A stretch of DNA of 64,000 bases. Source: an uncultured Phycisphaerales bacterium. Lineage in GTDB: Bacteria; Planctomycetota; Phycisphaerae; Tepidisphaerales; Tepidisphaeraceae. Of the stretch, positions 11,033-22,039 are shown one piece after another (the first letter of the stretch is position 1; the number at the start of each line of letters is the position of its first letter). The translations under genes and the position numbers were made by a program. The stretch covers positions 32,001-96,000 of the forward strand of contig CAVWVQ010000005.1 of NCBI GenBank assembly GCA_963758525.1, given 5' to 3'. The notes under the pieces are model-generated. The model saw only the letters and a list, made by a program, of their open reading frames with translations, made no database searches and had not been told where the DNA came from.

Positions 11033-12537
11033 ATGGAATTCCCGCTCGGCAAGCCCATTCTCGCGATGCTCTGTGCGTCGCTGTTCAGCGGCGCCGCGCT
11101 GCTTTGCATCGGGCGCACACCTTCAAGTGACCTGACGCTCTGGGTCTTCGCCGATTCGCACGCGCGCACGTATCGGAGCGTGAAGGATCGCTTCGAGCAG
11201 GAGACCGCCAAGTCCGTCGCCGTCGACGATGTGGGCGATTCGATCAACATCCGCCTTGCGTCCCTGTTCATGGCCGGGCGCACCGGACCGGCGCTTCCGG
11301 ACGCCGCGGAGATTGAAATCGGCAACATCGGGCGGTTTTTCCGGCCGCCGGTGTCGGACATCGGGTTCGTGCCGCTCAACCATTACCTTGAAACATCGGG
11401 GATCCGAGTCATCCGCACTCCCGCCGATCCGGGCCAATCCGGCTGGAACGCCCGATGCACTTCTGACGGAAAAATCTACACGTTCGATGCCGGGCACTGG
11501 CAGCCCAATCCCACCCGCGCCCGCCCGGACGCATGGATCGACCGGATCATTCCCGCGCGCTTCGCGCCCTGGTCCAAGGATGGCGTAATCTTCGGTGTGC
11601 CGCATGACGTGCACCCCGTGAGCCTTACGTATCGCGAAGACCTGTTTCGCGAGGCCGGCATCGATCTTTCGACGGCGAAGACCTGGACACAATTCCAGAG
11701 CGACTGTGAGGCGTTCCAGAATTTTTGGCGCGCTCATGGCGTTGCCCGCCGCCATGCCCTCGAGCTGTCAGCGTCTGCTTCCGATGACCTGGTCATCATG
11801 CTTCTGCAGCGCCATCTGAATGTCGTCGACGACCGCGGGCAGATCCATCTTGCCGACGAGAAGGTCGTGAAGACGATCGCGTTTTATGCCCAGTTGATCG
11901 CGGGGCCGCACAGCATCGGGGCTCAGACTGACGCAAACACGGGCATCTGGATCAGCGAGTTGGAGCGGGGTGATATCGGTGTCTTCTGGACCCCAGACTG
12001 GCGCGTCGAACTGATGCGACGTTACGGGCATGGCGATGCGTTGCGTGGGAAACTTCGCATGATGGCGTTGCCGCGATTCGATTCGGAAGACGCGCCGACC
12101 AGCACCTGGGGCGGCACGATGATCGGCATCCCGCGCGGTGCAGGGACCCGGACGCGTCATGGAAATTGATCGAGTTTCTCTACTTCAGCGACGCGGGATT
12201 TGAAGCCCGCCAAACAGAGGGACAGATCATCTCCCCCATCATGGAACGGTGGAGCGGTCCAGCCTGCCAGGAGCCCGATCCGCTTTTCGGCGGGCAGAAG
12301 GTGCGTGGTCTGTACGTTGATCTGGCCCGGCAGATTCCCCTGCGATATGTAACGCCAATGACCACCGTCGCGCAAATCACGCTGTCGATCGTCTTGGGCT
12401 ACGCGATCGACCATGTCCGCCATCACGGGACCGATGGTCTGGAAAACGCGTGCCGGCGTTGGCTGAACCTCGCGGCGGCAGATGTGCAGCGCCGCGTCGA
12501 GCATGCCAGCTTCCAAAAAGAGGAAACGTCGCCATGA
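11033..12537 (+). CDS. Carbohydrate ABC transporter substrate-binding protein; frameshift at ~12140
   Basis: N-terminal anchor, GVPHDVHPVSLTYREDLF, TWGGTMIGIP; continues in the next frame as WKLIEFLY. Precedes two permeases. Confidence 0.8.
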
Positions 12538-13469
12538 GCCAAATGCCGGCGTTCTCTTCCCGACCCGCGACAAGACAGTTGAAGCTCTGGAGCGTCCAGC
12601 GGCGAGCCGCGCCCTATCTGTTTCTCCTGCCGTTCCTGATTCTCTTCTTCGGATTCATCCTCTATCCGCTTGGCAACAGCGTTGTGCTGAGTTTCGAAAA
12701 GACTGCCGGACCGCGCCTGACGCGCTTCGCCGGATTGACGCACTATCGCTTTCTCCTTCACGACTGGCTCTTCTGGATCGCGGTGCTCAATACCGTCGGC
12801 TTTGCAATCGCCTTTCTTTGCCTGCAGATCCCCATGTCGCTGGCGTTGGCCATCGTGCTCAACAGCCGTCTCGTGCGCTGCCGGAATTTCTTCCGCTTCG
12901 CGTTCTTTTCCTCGAACCTCGTCGGCCAGGCGTTCGCGGCCGTGCTGTTCACACTGCTGCTCGTGCCGCGCCAAGGGCTCGTGAACCGCGCGCTCGGAAC
13001 GTTCTGGCCGGCGCTGCTTGAAATCGACTGGAAAGGCGATCCCCGCTTCGCGCGCGCCGCGATCCTGCTGGCCGCCCTCTGGCTGTCCGTCGGTTATGGA
13101 ATGATCTATTTCCTCGCGGCGCTCCAGGCGGTCGACCAGGAGCTCTACGACGCGGCCCATGCCGACGGCGCCGGCTGGTGGTCGCGATTCTGGCACGTGA
13201 CGCTCCCGCAGATTCGTCCGGTCACGCTCTTCCTTATTCTCGTCGGCACCATCGCGTCGCTCTCCCTCTTCGAGCTTCCCTACGTCTTCTTCCAGGGATC
13301 AGGCCCCGGTTTTGCCGGGCTGACGATCGTGCAATATCTCTTCACCCAGGGGTTTGGCGCGGGTGATCTGGGCTACGCGTCGGCGGTCGCGTGGGCGCTG
13401 GTCGCGCTCATCGGCTCGGTCGCGCTCCTTCAAATGAAAATCGCCGGTTTGCGCGGAGAACGCGCGTGA
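12534..13469 (+). CDS. Carbohydrate ABC transporter permease
   Basis: PYLFLLP, multiple TM helices, EAA loop ELYDAAHADGAG...HVTLP. ATGA overlap with the SBP stop. Confidence 0.9.
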   Translation: MSQMPAFSSRPATRQLKLWSVQRRAAPYLFLLPFLILFFGFILYPLGNSVVLSFEKTAGPRLTRFAGLTHYRFLLHDWLFWIAVLNTVGFAIAFLCLQIPMSLALAIVLNSRLVRCRNFFRFAFFSSNLVGQAFAAVLFTLLLVPRQGLVNRALGTFWPALLEIDWKGDPRFARAAILLAALWLSVGYGMIYFLAALQAVDQELYDAAHADGAGWWSRFWHVTLPQIRPVTLFLILVGTIASLSLFELPYVFFQGSGPGFAGLTIVQYLFTQGFGAGDLGYASAVAWALVALIGSVALLQMKIAGLRGERA

Positions 13470-13477
13470 GGGAACCA

Positions 13478-14320
13478 ATGTTCAGCCCTGGTCGCGTGGT
13501 GCGCTCGCTGCTGCTCCACATGCTGCTCCTCGCCGCCGCGGGTGTCGCGCTGGGACCTTTCCTCTGGATGTGCTGCGCCGCTTTCAAACGTCCGCAAGAC
13601 GTCTTCGGTTCGTTGTTCCTCCCGCCGCACCCGCTGCACAATCTCACGGGAACCAACTTCGCCATTTTGTTTGGCACCACCCCATTCGCCCGCTGGCTGC
13701 TCAACAGCGTCTTCGTCGCGTCGACGCAAACCGTCCTGGTCGTGACATTCAGCAGTCTCGGCGGATTTGCCCTGGCGAAATACCGCTTCGCCGGCAAAAG
13801 ACTGCTGACGGGAGTGATGCTGCTCACGCTCGTGCTCCCCGCGCTGGCATTGCTCCCAGGCGGCTACCTGCTGATGTACGATCTTGGATGGATCAACTCA
13901 TACGCCGCCATCATTGTGCCGGGGTCCGTCAGCGTTCTGGGAATTTTTCTGTTCCGCCAGGCGATGCAGGCGGTTTCCGACGAACTGGTCCACGCGGCAA
14001 GAATGGACGGATGCAGCGAGCTGCGCATCTGGTGGCAGATCGCTCTGCCGATCGTGCGGCCGATGGTTGGCGCATATACGCTGCTCAGCTTCCTCGGCGC
14101 ATGGAACAGCTATCTCTGGCCCCAGATCGTCCTGCAGGATGAGTCGAAATTCACCGTTCCCATCGGTCTGGCGGGAATGCTTTCGCTGCCGGAGTATCAG
14201 ACGCAATACGGCGTCCTGATGGCCGGTACTCTGCTAGGCGTCCTGCCGGTGATGCTTCTCTTTTTTGTGTTGCAGAAGGATTTTGTTTCGGGATTGGCCA
14301 GCGGTGCGATCAAGGGGTAA
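13478..14320 (+). CDS. Carbohydrate ABC transporter permease
   Basis: ELVHAARMDGCSE, WNSYLWP, QKDFVSGLASGAIKG. Start may be GTG 13466. Confidence 0.9.
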   Translation: MFSPGRVVRSLLLHMLLLAAAGVALGPFLWMCCAAFKRPQDVFGSLFLPPHPLHNLTGTNFAILFGTTPFARWLLNSVFVASTQTVLVVTFSSLGGFALAKYRFAGKRLLTGVMLLTLVLPALALLPGGYLLMYDLGWINSYAAIIVPGSVSVLGIFLFRQAMQAVSDELVHAARMDGCSELRIWWQIALPIVRPMVGAYTLLSFLGAWNSYLWPQIVLQDESKFTVPIGLAGMLSLPEYQTQYGVLMAGTLLGVLPVMLLFFVLQKDFVSGLASGAIKG

Positions 14321-14370
14321 TTGATTCTGCACAATCCATATGTGTAGCATTGGGGAAGTGGAGGTCTTTG

Positions 14371-14591
14371 GTGCCCACGAACTTGGCGCTGGACGACCGC
14401 CTCATCAACAACGCGGTCAAATTGGGGCGGCCATAAGACCGCGCGCGCCGCGGTCACCGCGGCGCTAGGAATACATCAAATCCAAACAGCGGCTCGGCAT
14501 TCTCGATCTCTTCGGCAAGATTGATTTCGATCCGGCCTGGGATCACAAGGCGGCGCGAAGGCGCGGGAACAAGCGCGTTCCCAGGAAATGA
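14371..14591 (+). pseudogene. VapB-type (DUF2191-like) antitoxin, frameshifted
   Basis: GGAGG RBS before GTG. Reading across two shifts gives MPTNLALDDRLINNAVKLG-HKTARAAVTAAL-EYIKSKQRLGILDLFGKIDFDPAWDHKAARR; TGA at 14589-91. Confidence 0.7.
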
Positions 14592-14818
14592 GCCGCAAGC
14601 AACTGCGTGCCCTGGACGACCTGGCGCCCGATACCGACGATTATGAGCGGGCCGCTGAATTTGCCAACGAATGCGTGCGCCACGGCGTCGCCGCCACAAC
14701 GATCGACATGCTGATCTGCGCAGTGGGCGCCGGACGCGGCGTGCCGATCCTGACAACCGACGATGATTTTGCGCGGTACGCGCAGTGGGTGCCAATCCAG
14801 TTGCACCCGATGACTTGA
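14588..14818 (+). pseudogene. VapC/PIN-domain toxin lacking its N-terminal half
   Basis: ATGA coupling to the antitoxin. Retains DYERAA...TIDMLICAV...ILTTDDDF but lacks the N-terminal hhDTS strand; only 76 aa. Confidence 0.7.
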
Positions 14819-14892
14819 TATTTGGCGCCATGGCGTACCAGGTGCCATAATTCCGCTCGTTGTCACAGCCTTTGCGCTGGGACGATACCGTC

Positions 14893-15158
14893 ATGAGCAA
14901 GTCATACTTGGAAGTCACATACAGGAGGGAAAACCGTTCGCGGCGTATCTGTATCTTGACCGTCGCGCCGGCGACAAGGCCGCACGCACGGAACGTCATT
15001 GGGACATGCTCATTGATGTTTCGTCCGACGGTCGAACCATCGGCGTGGAATTCACTCGTGTCGGGTTGGTGGATTTGTCAAAGTTGAATGATGTTTTGCG
15101 GGAATTGCATCAGCCGGTCCTGGACGCGAGCGATCTTGCACCGCTAGCGCTGGCGTAA
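14893..15158 (+). CDS. DUF2283-like small protein; frameshift at ~14925
   Basis: MSKSYLEVTYR-GKPFAAYLYL...LIDVSSDGRTIGVEF...LAPLALA. Confidence 0.6.
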
Positions 15159-15281
15159 TCAGAATTTGGCCAATGCTTCGGCGGCCGGATGTGGGATATC
15201 TTCGGCTCGGCCCGCACGTGCTCGACGTGCGTCTCAGCATCCGAGAACTGTTCCGGTCTTAGCAGCCAAAGCCGCCCACGG

Positions 15282-16766
15282 TCAGTTCGGTGCTGCCAGC
15301 GCGCAGGTTTTGGCGCGGCCAAACAGCGTCAGATTCCGCGCTGCGGTGATCTCGACTTCGGCGAATTCGCCGATCAACGATTCGTCGCCGTGAAACGCGA
15401 CAATCTGATCACCCCGCGTGCGTCCCATGAGTTGCACCATGCCCGCGGTCTTCGCGGCCGATCGGTGCTCCCACCCCAGTTCCACGCCTCCCGCGGATGG
15501 ATAAGCCGGCGCCGTTGCTAATTTGCTCTGACCCTCGACCATCAGCTCGACGGTCTTGCCGATCATCTCGCGATTGTTCTCGACCGCGACGTTCTGCTGC
15601 ACTGCCAGCAGGTCATTATTTCGTCGTCGCTTCACGTCCTCGGGCACATCGTCGGCGAATCGATCGATCGCCGTCGTACCCGGGCGCGGCGAATACTTGA
15701 AAATGAATGAATTCTTAAACCGGCAATACCGCAACAAGTCGGCGCTGGCGGCGAAGTCCGCTTCCGTCTCCGTCGGAAAACCAACGATGAAATCGCTGGC
15801 GATGCAAATATCCGGCATCATCGCGCGGGCGCGGTCGATGAAATCGCGGTATTGCCCGGCGGTGTACCCGCGGTTCATCATTTTCAAAATCCGGTCGCTG
15901 CCGCTCTGCACGGGCACATGCAGATATCGGCAGATGCGCGGGCAGTCGCGCATGGCCGCCAGCGCCTCGTCGGTGAAATCGCGCGGAAAGCTGGTCACGA
16001 AACGCAGCCGGGGGAGATCGGGAACCGACTCGTGAATCTGATGGAGCAGCTCTGCAAAGCTCGTCGTCCGCCCGTCGCCGTGACGAAACGCGTAATGATT
16101 CACCGTCTGCCCGAGCAGCGTCACCTCCCGCGCCCCGCCGGCGGTCAGCTTCCGGACTTCCTCAATGATATTGCCCGGCGGACGATGCACCTCCGGGCCG
16201 CGCGTGTATGGCACAACGCAGTACGTGCAAAACTTGTTGCAACCCCGCGTGATCCGCACGTACGCCTGTGACGGGCCGTCTCCGGGGGAGATGCTGCGCG
16301 AGAGATCGAGCATTTCCAGGTGATCTTCCGCCGCCTCAAGCGTGCTCGATCGTCGCGAGGCGGCTCCCATCAGCGCGACCTGCCGCGGGCGCTTTCGTCC
16401 GTCGGTCGTGATCGCGGCATTGTGAACGAGCGTCGTGAGCCGATCCAGTTCGCCGGGCCCGCAGAGAATGTCGATATGCGGATGTCGTTGAAAGATCGTT
16501 GCCCCGTCGCGCTCGGCCATGCATCCGATCACGCCGATGATCAATCCCGGATCATCGCGCTTGCGATCGCGCAATTGGCCGAGCCGCGACCAGACTTTCT
16601 GCTCGGCATGCTCGCGCACCGAGCAGGTGTTGTAGAGAATGACGTCCGCTTCATCCCGGCTCGCGACCGACTCATACCCATGCGCGCGCAATTGCCCCAG
16701 CACCAGCTCGCTGTCGAGCACGTTCATCTGGCAGCCGAAGGTTTCGAGATAGAGCTTTCGCCGCAT
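15282..16766 (-). CDS. miaB: tRNA (i6A37) methylthiotransferase MiaB
   Basis: ETFGCQMNVLDS, NTCSVREHAE, radical SAM CNKFCTYC, DFIVGFPTET, YSPRPGT, TRAM domain. Confidence 0.95.
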   Translation of the reverse strand: MRRKLYLETFGCQMNVLDSELVLGQLRAHGYESVASRDEADVILYNTCSVREHAEQKVWSRLGQLRDRKRDDPGLIIGVIGCMAERDGATIFQRHPHIDILCGPGELDRLTTLVHNAAITTDGRKRPRQVALMGAASRRSSTLEAAEDHLEMLDLSRSISPGDGPSQAYVRITRGCNKFCTYCVVPYTRGPEVHRPPGNIIEEVRKLTAGGAREVTLLGQTVNHYAFRHGDGRTTSFAELLHQIHESVPDLPRLRFVTSFPRDFTDEALAAMRDCPRICRYLHVPVQSGSDRILKMMNRGYTAGQYRDFIDRARAMMPDICIASDFIVGFPTETEADFAASADLLRYCRFKNSFIFKYSPRPGTTAIDRFADDVPEDVKRRRNNDLLAVQQNVAVENNREMIGKTVELMVEGQSKLATAPAYPSAGGVELGWEHRSAAKTAGMVQLMGRTRGDQIVAFHGDESLIGEFAEVEITAARNLTLFGRAKTCALAAPN

Positions 16767-16772
16767 GAGCGC

Positions 16773-16961
16773 TCAGTCTTTCTCGGTTCGCAATTCGTCG
16801 AACTCGTGCTGGAGGCGCTGCTTGAAAATATCGGCAGCCTCAATCAGCAGCTCCATCGTCACCTCCCGATCAGTCGCGCGCTCCTGCAGCGGAAATGTGG
16901 CCCGCAACAGGGCGATCACATATTGCTCACGAAGCTGCTGCTGTTCGGCGGATCGTTCCAT
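16773..16961 (-). CDS. Small hypothetical protein (62 aa)
   Basis: GAGGAG RBS; MERSAEQQQLREQYVIALL...; ends 6 nt before the miaB start. Confidence 0.55.
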   Translation of the reverse strand: MERSAEQQQLREQYVIALLRATFPLQERATDREVTMELLIEAADIFKQRLQHEFDELRTEKD

Positions 16962-17005
16962 CGGAAAAACTCCTCGCAATCGCGCCTGATGATAGCCGAA
17001 ACGAT

Positions 17006-18485
17006 CTACGCGATCAGCCCCGGAACGATGCTCGCCAGCTCGACGCCGCTGAGGCGCTGGTCGAGGCCCTGGTATCGGTAGGTGAATGTCTCGTGGTCGA
17101 TGCCCATCAGTCGCAGAACGGTGGCGTGGAAATCGTGGACGGTGACGGGGTCTGACACGATGTTGTAGGAGAAATCGTCGGTTTCGCCGTAGATCGTGCC
17201 GGGGCGGGAGCCGCCGCCGGCCATCCACATGGTGTAGCAGCGGGGGTGATGGTCGCGGCCGTAGTTGGCGTGGGAGAGGCCTCCCTGGGAATAGATGGTG
17301 CGGCCGAATTCCCCGCCCCAGATGACCAGCGTGTCTTCGAGCATGCCGCGCTGCTTGAGATCCTGGATCAGCGCGTAGGAGGCCTGATCGATGTCCTTGC
17401 ATTGCGACGGCAGGCGGCCCGTGACGTTGGCGTGAGTGTCCCAATTATTGTGATAAACCTGCACGAAGCGGACGCCGCGTTCGACGAGCCGGCGGGCGAG
17501 CAGGGCGGTGGCGGCGAAGGTGCCGGGCTTGCGCGCCTCCTCGCCGTACAACTCGAAGGTGGATTCGGGCTCGCTATGGATGTCGATCAGCTCGGGAACG
17601 CTGGCCTGCATGCGGAAGGCCAGCTCGTATTGCTCGATACGGGTGTGGGTTTCGGGATCACCGACCAGCTTGTAGTTCATCTCATTGAGCTGCCGCAGGG
17701 CGTCGAGTCCGCGGCGGCGCACGTCGGTGGAGACGCCGGGCGGGTTGTTGATGTAGAGGATCGGATCGCCGGCGCTGCGCAGCGACACGCCGGCGTGGAC
17801 GCCGGAGAGGAACCCGCTGCTCCAGAGCTTGGAGGAGATTGCCTGCATCTGCTCGGTGTTGGTTGGTTTTGCGACGAGCACCACGAATGTCGGCAGGCTG
17901 TTATTCATCGAGCCCAGGCCGTAGGAAGCCCAGCTTCCCAGGCACGGCTTGCCGGAGATCTGGTTGCCGGTCTGCTGAAACGTGATGCCGGGCTCGTGGT
18001 TGATGGCGTCGGTGTTCATCGTGCGGATGAAGCAGAGATCATCCACCATCTTCGCGGTCCAGGGGAGCAGTTCGGTGACCCACATGCCGTTTTTGCCGTG
18101 CTGCGCGAACTTGAACTTGGAGGGCGCGACCGGGAACCGGGCCTGCCCGGAGGTCATCCCGGTGAGGCGCTGGCCGTTGCGAATCGACGCGGGGAGGTCC
18201 TTGTCGTACCAGTCGTTCATCTTCGGCTTGTAGTCGTACATGTCCATCTGCGGCGGTCCGCCGACCATATGCAGATAGATCACGCGCTTGGCGCGGGCGG
18301 CGAAGCGCGACTCCCGCGGGAAGGTGCATCGGAATTGCAGAGAGACTTGCGGGCGGGTTTGCCATGGATCCCAGCGCGGAGCGTCCGCCGAGCATGGCCA
18401 GCGCCGCCATCCCCAGCACATCTTTTCCGCGGCCGAGGAACCGCCGGCGGGTTTCATAAAGGGCGTATTCTTGCATCGGATTCAT
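17006..18485 (-). CDS. DUF1501 domain protein (Tat-like N-terminus); frameshift at ~18305
   Basis: TRRRFL N-terminus, then FAARAKRVIYLHMVGGPPQMD, WDTH, WGGEFGRT, GRDHHP, HDFHAT. Confidence 0.88.
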
Positions 18486-18504
18486 CGGAACACCTGCGTA
18501 TTAA

Positions 18505-18665
18505 TTTCGAATGTCAAAGCTCGAATCCTCGAATCAAACTCAAATTACGAAGCTCCGAATGTCGAAACAAAGCTTTCGGCTTCTTACTGCTGACTCCTGG
18601 ACTCTCATCCCCTTCCTCACCCTTCGTGCCTCCGTGCCTCCGTGCCTCCGTGCCTTCGTGCCTGC
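18505..18665. repeat. Composite short-unit repeat tract between the DUF1553 and DUF1501 genes
   Basis: (T/C)GAAT/CAAA ~7-nt units at 18505-18570 and five tandem (T/C)CGTGCCT units at 18622-18663. Confidence 0.7.
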
Positions 18666-18677
18666 CCTCGCGCCCGT

Positions 18678-21600
18678 TCACTTATTCAGCGCCTCATCCA
18701 GATTCATCACCTGATTGGCCAGCATCGTCCAGGCGGCGTGCTCCGCCTGATCGAGCGAGGGGTTCGGCGCCGCCTCGCCCACGTGCAACAGATTGATCGC
18801 CTCGTCGTGATGGGCGCGATAGTACGCGAGCAGATCGTCGTATTCTGACCGGGCGATCGCAATTTCTTCCGTCCGGAACGGCCGGGCCAGAATGCGCTCG
18901 GTCACAAAATCGAGGCGGGAGTCGAAGGTCTTTCCGCCGGCAACGATCGCGTTCTGAGCGAGCACGCGGGCGGCCTCGACAAACTGCGTGTCGTTCATCG
19001 TGACCAGGGCCTGCAGCGGGGTGTCGGTGCGGTCGCGGCGCACCGTGCAGGTCTCGCGAGTCGGGGCATTAAAAATTTCCATGGACGGAGGCGCAGGCCT
19101 GACGTTTCCAGAAGGTATAGATGCTGCGCCGATAGAGGTTGTCGCCGTGGTCCTGGCGATAATCCCGCGTGTTACCGCCCTGCATTCCGACAACATCCCA
19201 GATATTGCCCGGCTGATACGGCCGGACACTCGGCCCGCCCATTGTCGGCGAGAGCAGACCGCTGGCTGCCAAAGCCGCATCGCGGAGCATTTCGCCATCC
19301 ATTCGGTATCGTGGGCCTGCGCCAGCAACCGGTTATCGGGATCGATCTCAATTTTCTCCGGTGTCTCCGTCGCCGCCTGCCGATAGGCGGCGGACATCAC
19401 CATCATTTTGAGCATCCGCTTGATATCCCAATGAGATTCGCGGAAATCGACGGCAAGCCAGTCGAGCAACTCCTGATTGGACGGCGCATCGCCCATGATG
19501 CCGAAATCTTCGGACGTTTTGACAATGCCCGTGCCGAAGAGTTCCTGCCAAAGCCGGTTGACCGCGACGCGCGCGGTGAGCGGGTTTTCCGGTTCGACCA
19601 TCCACTGGGCGAGCCCAAGGCGGTTGCGCGGCGCGCTGCTGGGGAAGGGGGGCAGCGACGCCGGAGTCATCGCTTCAAGCTTTTCGCGACGCTGGGCATA
19701 GTCGCCGCGGTAAAGCACGTACGCCACCGGCGGCGTCGGCTTTTCCTGCATGACCAGGCACTCGCCGCCGCGAGCTTCAATTTCCTTCTTTTTCTTGTCG
19801 AGGACGTCCACCTGGGATTCGAGCGCCATCGACTGCGGATCGAGAGTCTGCAGCCACCACCCGTACAGATCCGTCTTCTCCTTTTCCGATCGTGCCGCAG
19901 GCGCCTTGGACACGATTTCCGACATCTTCGCGACTCGCGCCAATTGAACCACGTCGGTGGGCGACAGTGCCCGTGTGTAAATCCGCAGATCCTGCACCAG
20001 CAACCCCACGATGGAGTTCTCGTGATCCCGCTGGCCGACTTTGAACGGGACCGTGGTGTGCGCACTTCCCTTGAGATCGTCAAACTCCACCTGAGTTTGC
20101 TGCGGCTCGCCATCCACATAAATGTGGTACCCCTTGGCCTTGCCCTTGCCGTCGTAGGTAATGCAGAAGTGATGCCACTTGCCGGGGTCCACTGCCTTCT
20201 TCGTCAGCACTTTGAGGGCGTCATCGCTCCAGTGGTGGATGATGTGGCCGCCGATGTGATTCTCCTGCACCCACATATCCCAGCCGCGATGATTGTCGAC
20301 GTCGGTCATGCGGGCGACGATGGATCCCGACCCATTGGCAATATGAGTCGGAAGCTTCGCCCAGACCGCGCACGAAAACGGTGTGTGGCCGTCAAAGTCG
20401 CCCACGTCGGTGATCGTCGGCGCAACGCCGCGCTGGGTTTCCAGCGCCTTGGGCATGACTTCGCCGGCCATCCAGGCAGGCTGCGGCGCATGCGCGACAG
20501 TTTGCGACGGCGGGTTGATTTCCCCCGGCTGAGTGGACGGCGGCAGCTTTTGGGCTGCCGGATCAGGCATCTGCGGGACGAGCGCGATGTCCCGCGGTTG
20601 AGAGTTGATCGTTGCGTGCGTTACATCGCCGGCGCCTTCATTGAGCGGGGCGAGCAACTGCATGTCGCGCTGCGGGATTTTTTTCCAGATCTGCCCGGGG
20701 TCGGCTGATGCGAGCCATTGCTCAAAATCGGCATGGCCGCTCTTCTCTCTCTGTTCAAGCTGGTTGTGCAACGCGTCGAAATCCGCCATGAGCTGGCGCC
20801 ACCGCGGCCGATCGTCATCGCGCGGGACAACGACCGACGGGGGCGAGTCCTTCACGTTGCCGTCGAGCGCGCCGCTGGTTCCGTTGCTGAGGAAAGCCGA
20901 AAGGGCATAAAAGTCCTTCTGGAGGATCGGGTCAAACTTGTGATCATGACAGACGGCGCATCCGACGGTCAGGCCCAGGCACAGGCGCCCGACGGTTTCG
21001 GTGCGATCGCGGGCATAGTTCACAAGATTCTCTTCAGCGATCGTGCCCCCTTCGTTGGTCGTCTCGTTGCAGCGCATGAAGCCCGAGGCAATCTGCTGAT
21101 CGAGCGTGGCATTGGGCAGAAGATCGCCGGCCAGTTGTTCGGTCAGGAACTGATCGAAGTGCATGTTGGCGTTGTACGCATGGATCACCCAATCGCGGTA
21201 GGGCCACATCTCGCGATAATTATCGAAATGCAGTCCGTGCGTATCGGCGTAGCGAGCGCCGTCGAGCCAGTAGCGGGCGTGATGCTCTCCATAGCGGGGG
21301 GAAGCGAGAAGGCGATCGACCACACGCTCATACGCGCCGTCAGATCGATCGCCAAGAAACGCCGCAATTTCCTCGGGCGTCGGTGGCAGCCCGATCAGGT
21401 CGAACGTGAGCCGGCGGATCAGCGTCCGTCGATCTGCCTCGGGCGCCGGCGTCAGCCCCCGGGCTTCCAGCTTCGCGAGAATGAATTGATCGATCGGATT
21501 CCGCACCCACGCGCTATTTTTCACGGACGGCGGCGTCGCCTTCACCGGCACGATCCACGACCAGTGCGGTTCCCAGGGTGCGCCCTGCTCGATCCAGCGT

Positions 21601-21947
21601 TTGATCAGGTCCTTTTCCTTCGCCGTGAGCGTCTTATGCGTCTTGGCAGGAGGCATGATCTCATCAGAATCGCTGCTGGTGATCCGTTGGAACACCAGGC
21701 TCTTCTGCGGATCGCCCTTAACGATCGGCGTGCCGTCTTTCCGCTCGGTAAAGAAGCCTTCCGCCCGGTCAAACCTCAATCCTTCCTTGCGTCCTCCCGG
21801 ATCAGGACCGTGGCAGGCAAAGCAGTTCTCCGTGAAGATCGGCCGGATATCGCGGTTAAACCGGATGGCGGCGTCATTGCCCGCCAGCGCGGAACCGCAC
21901 GGGACTCCGATCAGCAAAACGAGGGTGACAGTTACTTTTGAATGCAT
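18678..21947 (-). CDS. Planctomycete cytochrome c + DUF1549 + LamG-like + DUF1553 protein; compensating frameshifts at ~19315 and ~19095
   Basis: CFACHGPD, NPIDQFI, LIRRLTFDLIGLPP, CAVCHDHKFDP, WHHFCITYDG, NPLTARVAVNRLW. The conserved segment MDGEMLRD...YRRSIYTFWKR lies in an alternative frame. Confidence 0.9.
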   Translation of the reverse strand: MHSKVTVTLVLLIGVPCGSALAGNDAAIRFNRDIRPIFTENCFACHGPDPGGRKEGLRFDRAEGFFTERKDGTPIVKGDPQKSLVFQRITSSDSDEIMPPAKTHKTLTAKEKDLIKRWIEQGAPWEPHWSWIVPVKATPPSVKNSAWVRNPIDQFILAKLEARGLTPAPEADRRTLIRRLTFDLIGLPPTPEEIAAFLGDRSDGAYERVVDRLLASPRYGEHHARYWLDGARYADTHGLHFDNYREMWPYRDWVIHAYNANMHFDQFLTEQLAGDLLPNATLDQQIASGFMRCNETTNEGGTIAEENLVNYARDRTETVGRLCLGLTVGCAVCHDHKFDPILQKDFYALSAFLSNGTSGALDGNVKDSPPSVVVPRDDDRPRWRQLMADFDALHNQLEQREKSGHADFEQWLASADPGQIWKKIPQRDMQLLAPLNEGAGDVTHATINSQPRDIALVPQMPDPAAQKLPPSTQPGEINPPSQTVAHAPQPAWMAGEVMPKALETQRGVAPTITDVGDFDGHTPFSCAVWAKLPTHIANGSGSIVARMTDVDNHRGWDMWVQENHIGGHIIHHWSDDALKVLTKKAVDPGKWHHFCITYDGKGKAKGYHIYVDGEPQQTQVEFDDLKGSAHTTVPFKVGQRDHENSIVGLLVQDLRIYTRALSPTDVVQLARVAKMSEIVSKAPAARSEKEKTDLYGWWLQTLDPQSMALESQVDVLDKKKKEIEARGGECLVMQEKPTPPVAYVLYRGDYAQRREKLEAMTPASLPPFPSSAPRNRLGLAQWMVEPENPLTARVAVNRLWQELFGTGIVKTSEDFGIMGDAPSNQELLDWLAVDFRESHWDIKRMLKMMVMSAAYRQAATETPEKIEIDPDNRLLAQAHDTEWMAKCSAMRLWQPAVCSRRQWAGRVSGRISRAISGMLSECRAVTRGIIARTTATTSIGAASIPSGNVRPAPPSMEIFNAPTRETCTVRRDRTDTPLQALVTMNDTQFVEAARVLAQNAIVAGGKTFDSRLDFVTERILARPFRTEEIAIARSEYDDLLAYYRAHHDEAINLLHVGEAAPNPSLDQAEHAAWTMLANQVMNLDEALNK

Positions 21948-22039
21948 GTGGAGCACTGCCGCGAACGTCCCTAATTACCCCGGAGAACAAGCGTTGTTGA
22001 CGATTATACGTCGCTACGCCGCGTTGGATCGGCTCGGAA

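Noticed and set aside
17246..21941. Long antisense ORFs (516, 488 and 407 aa) and similar ones elsewhere
   Set aside because: Shadow ORFs of well-supported genes in high-GC DNA, with no recognisable motifs.
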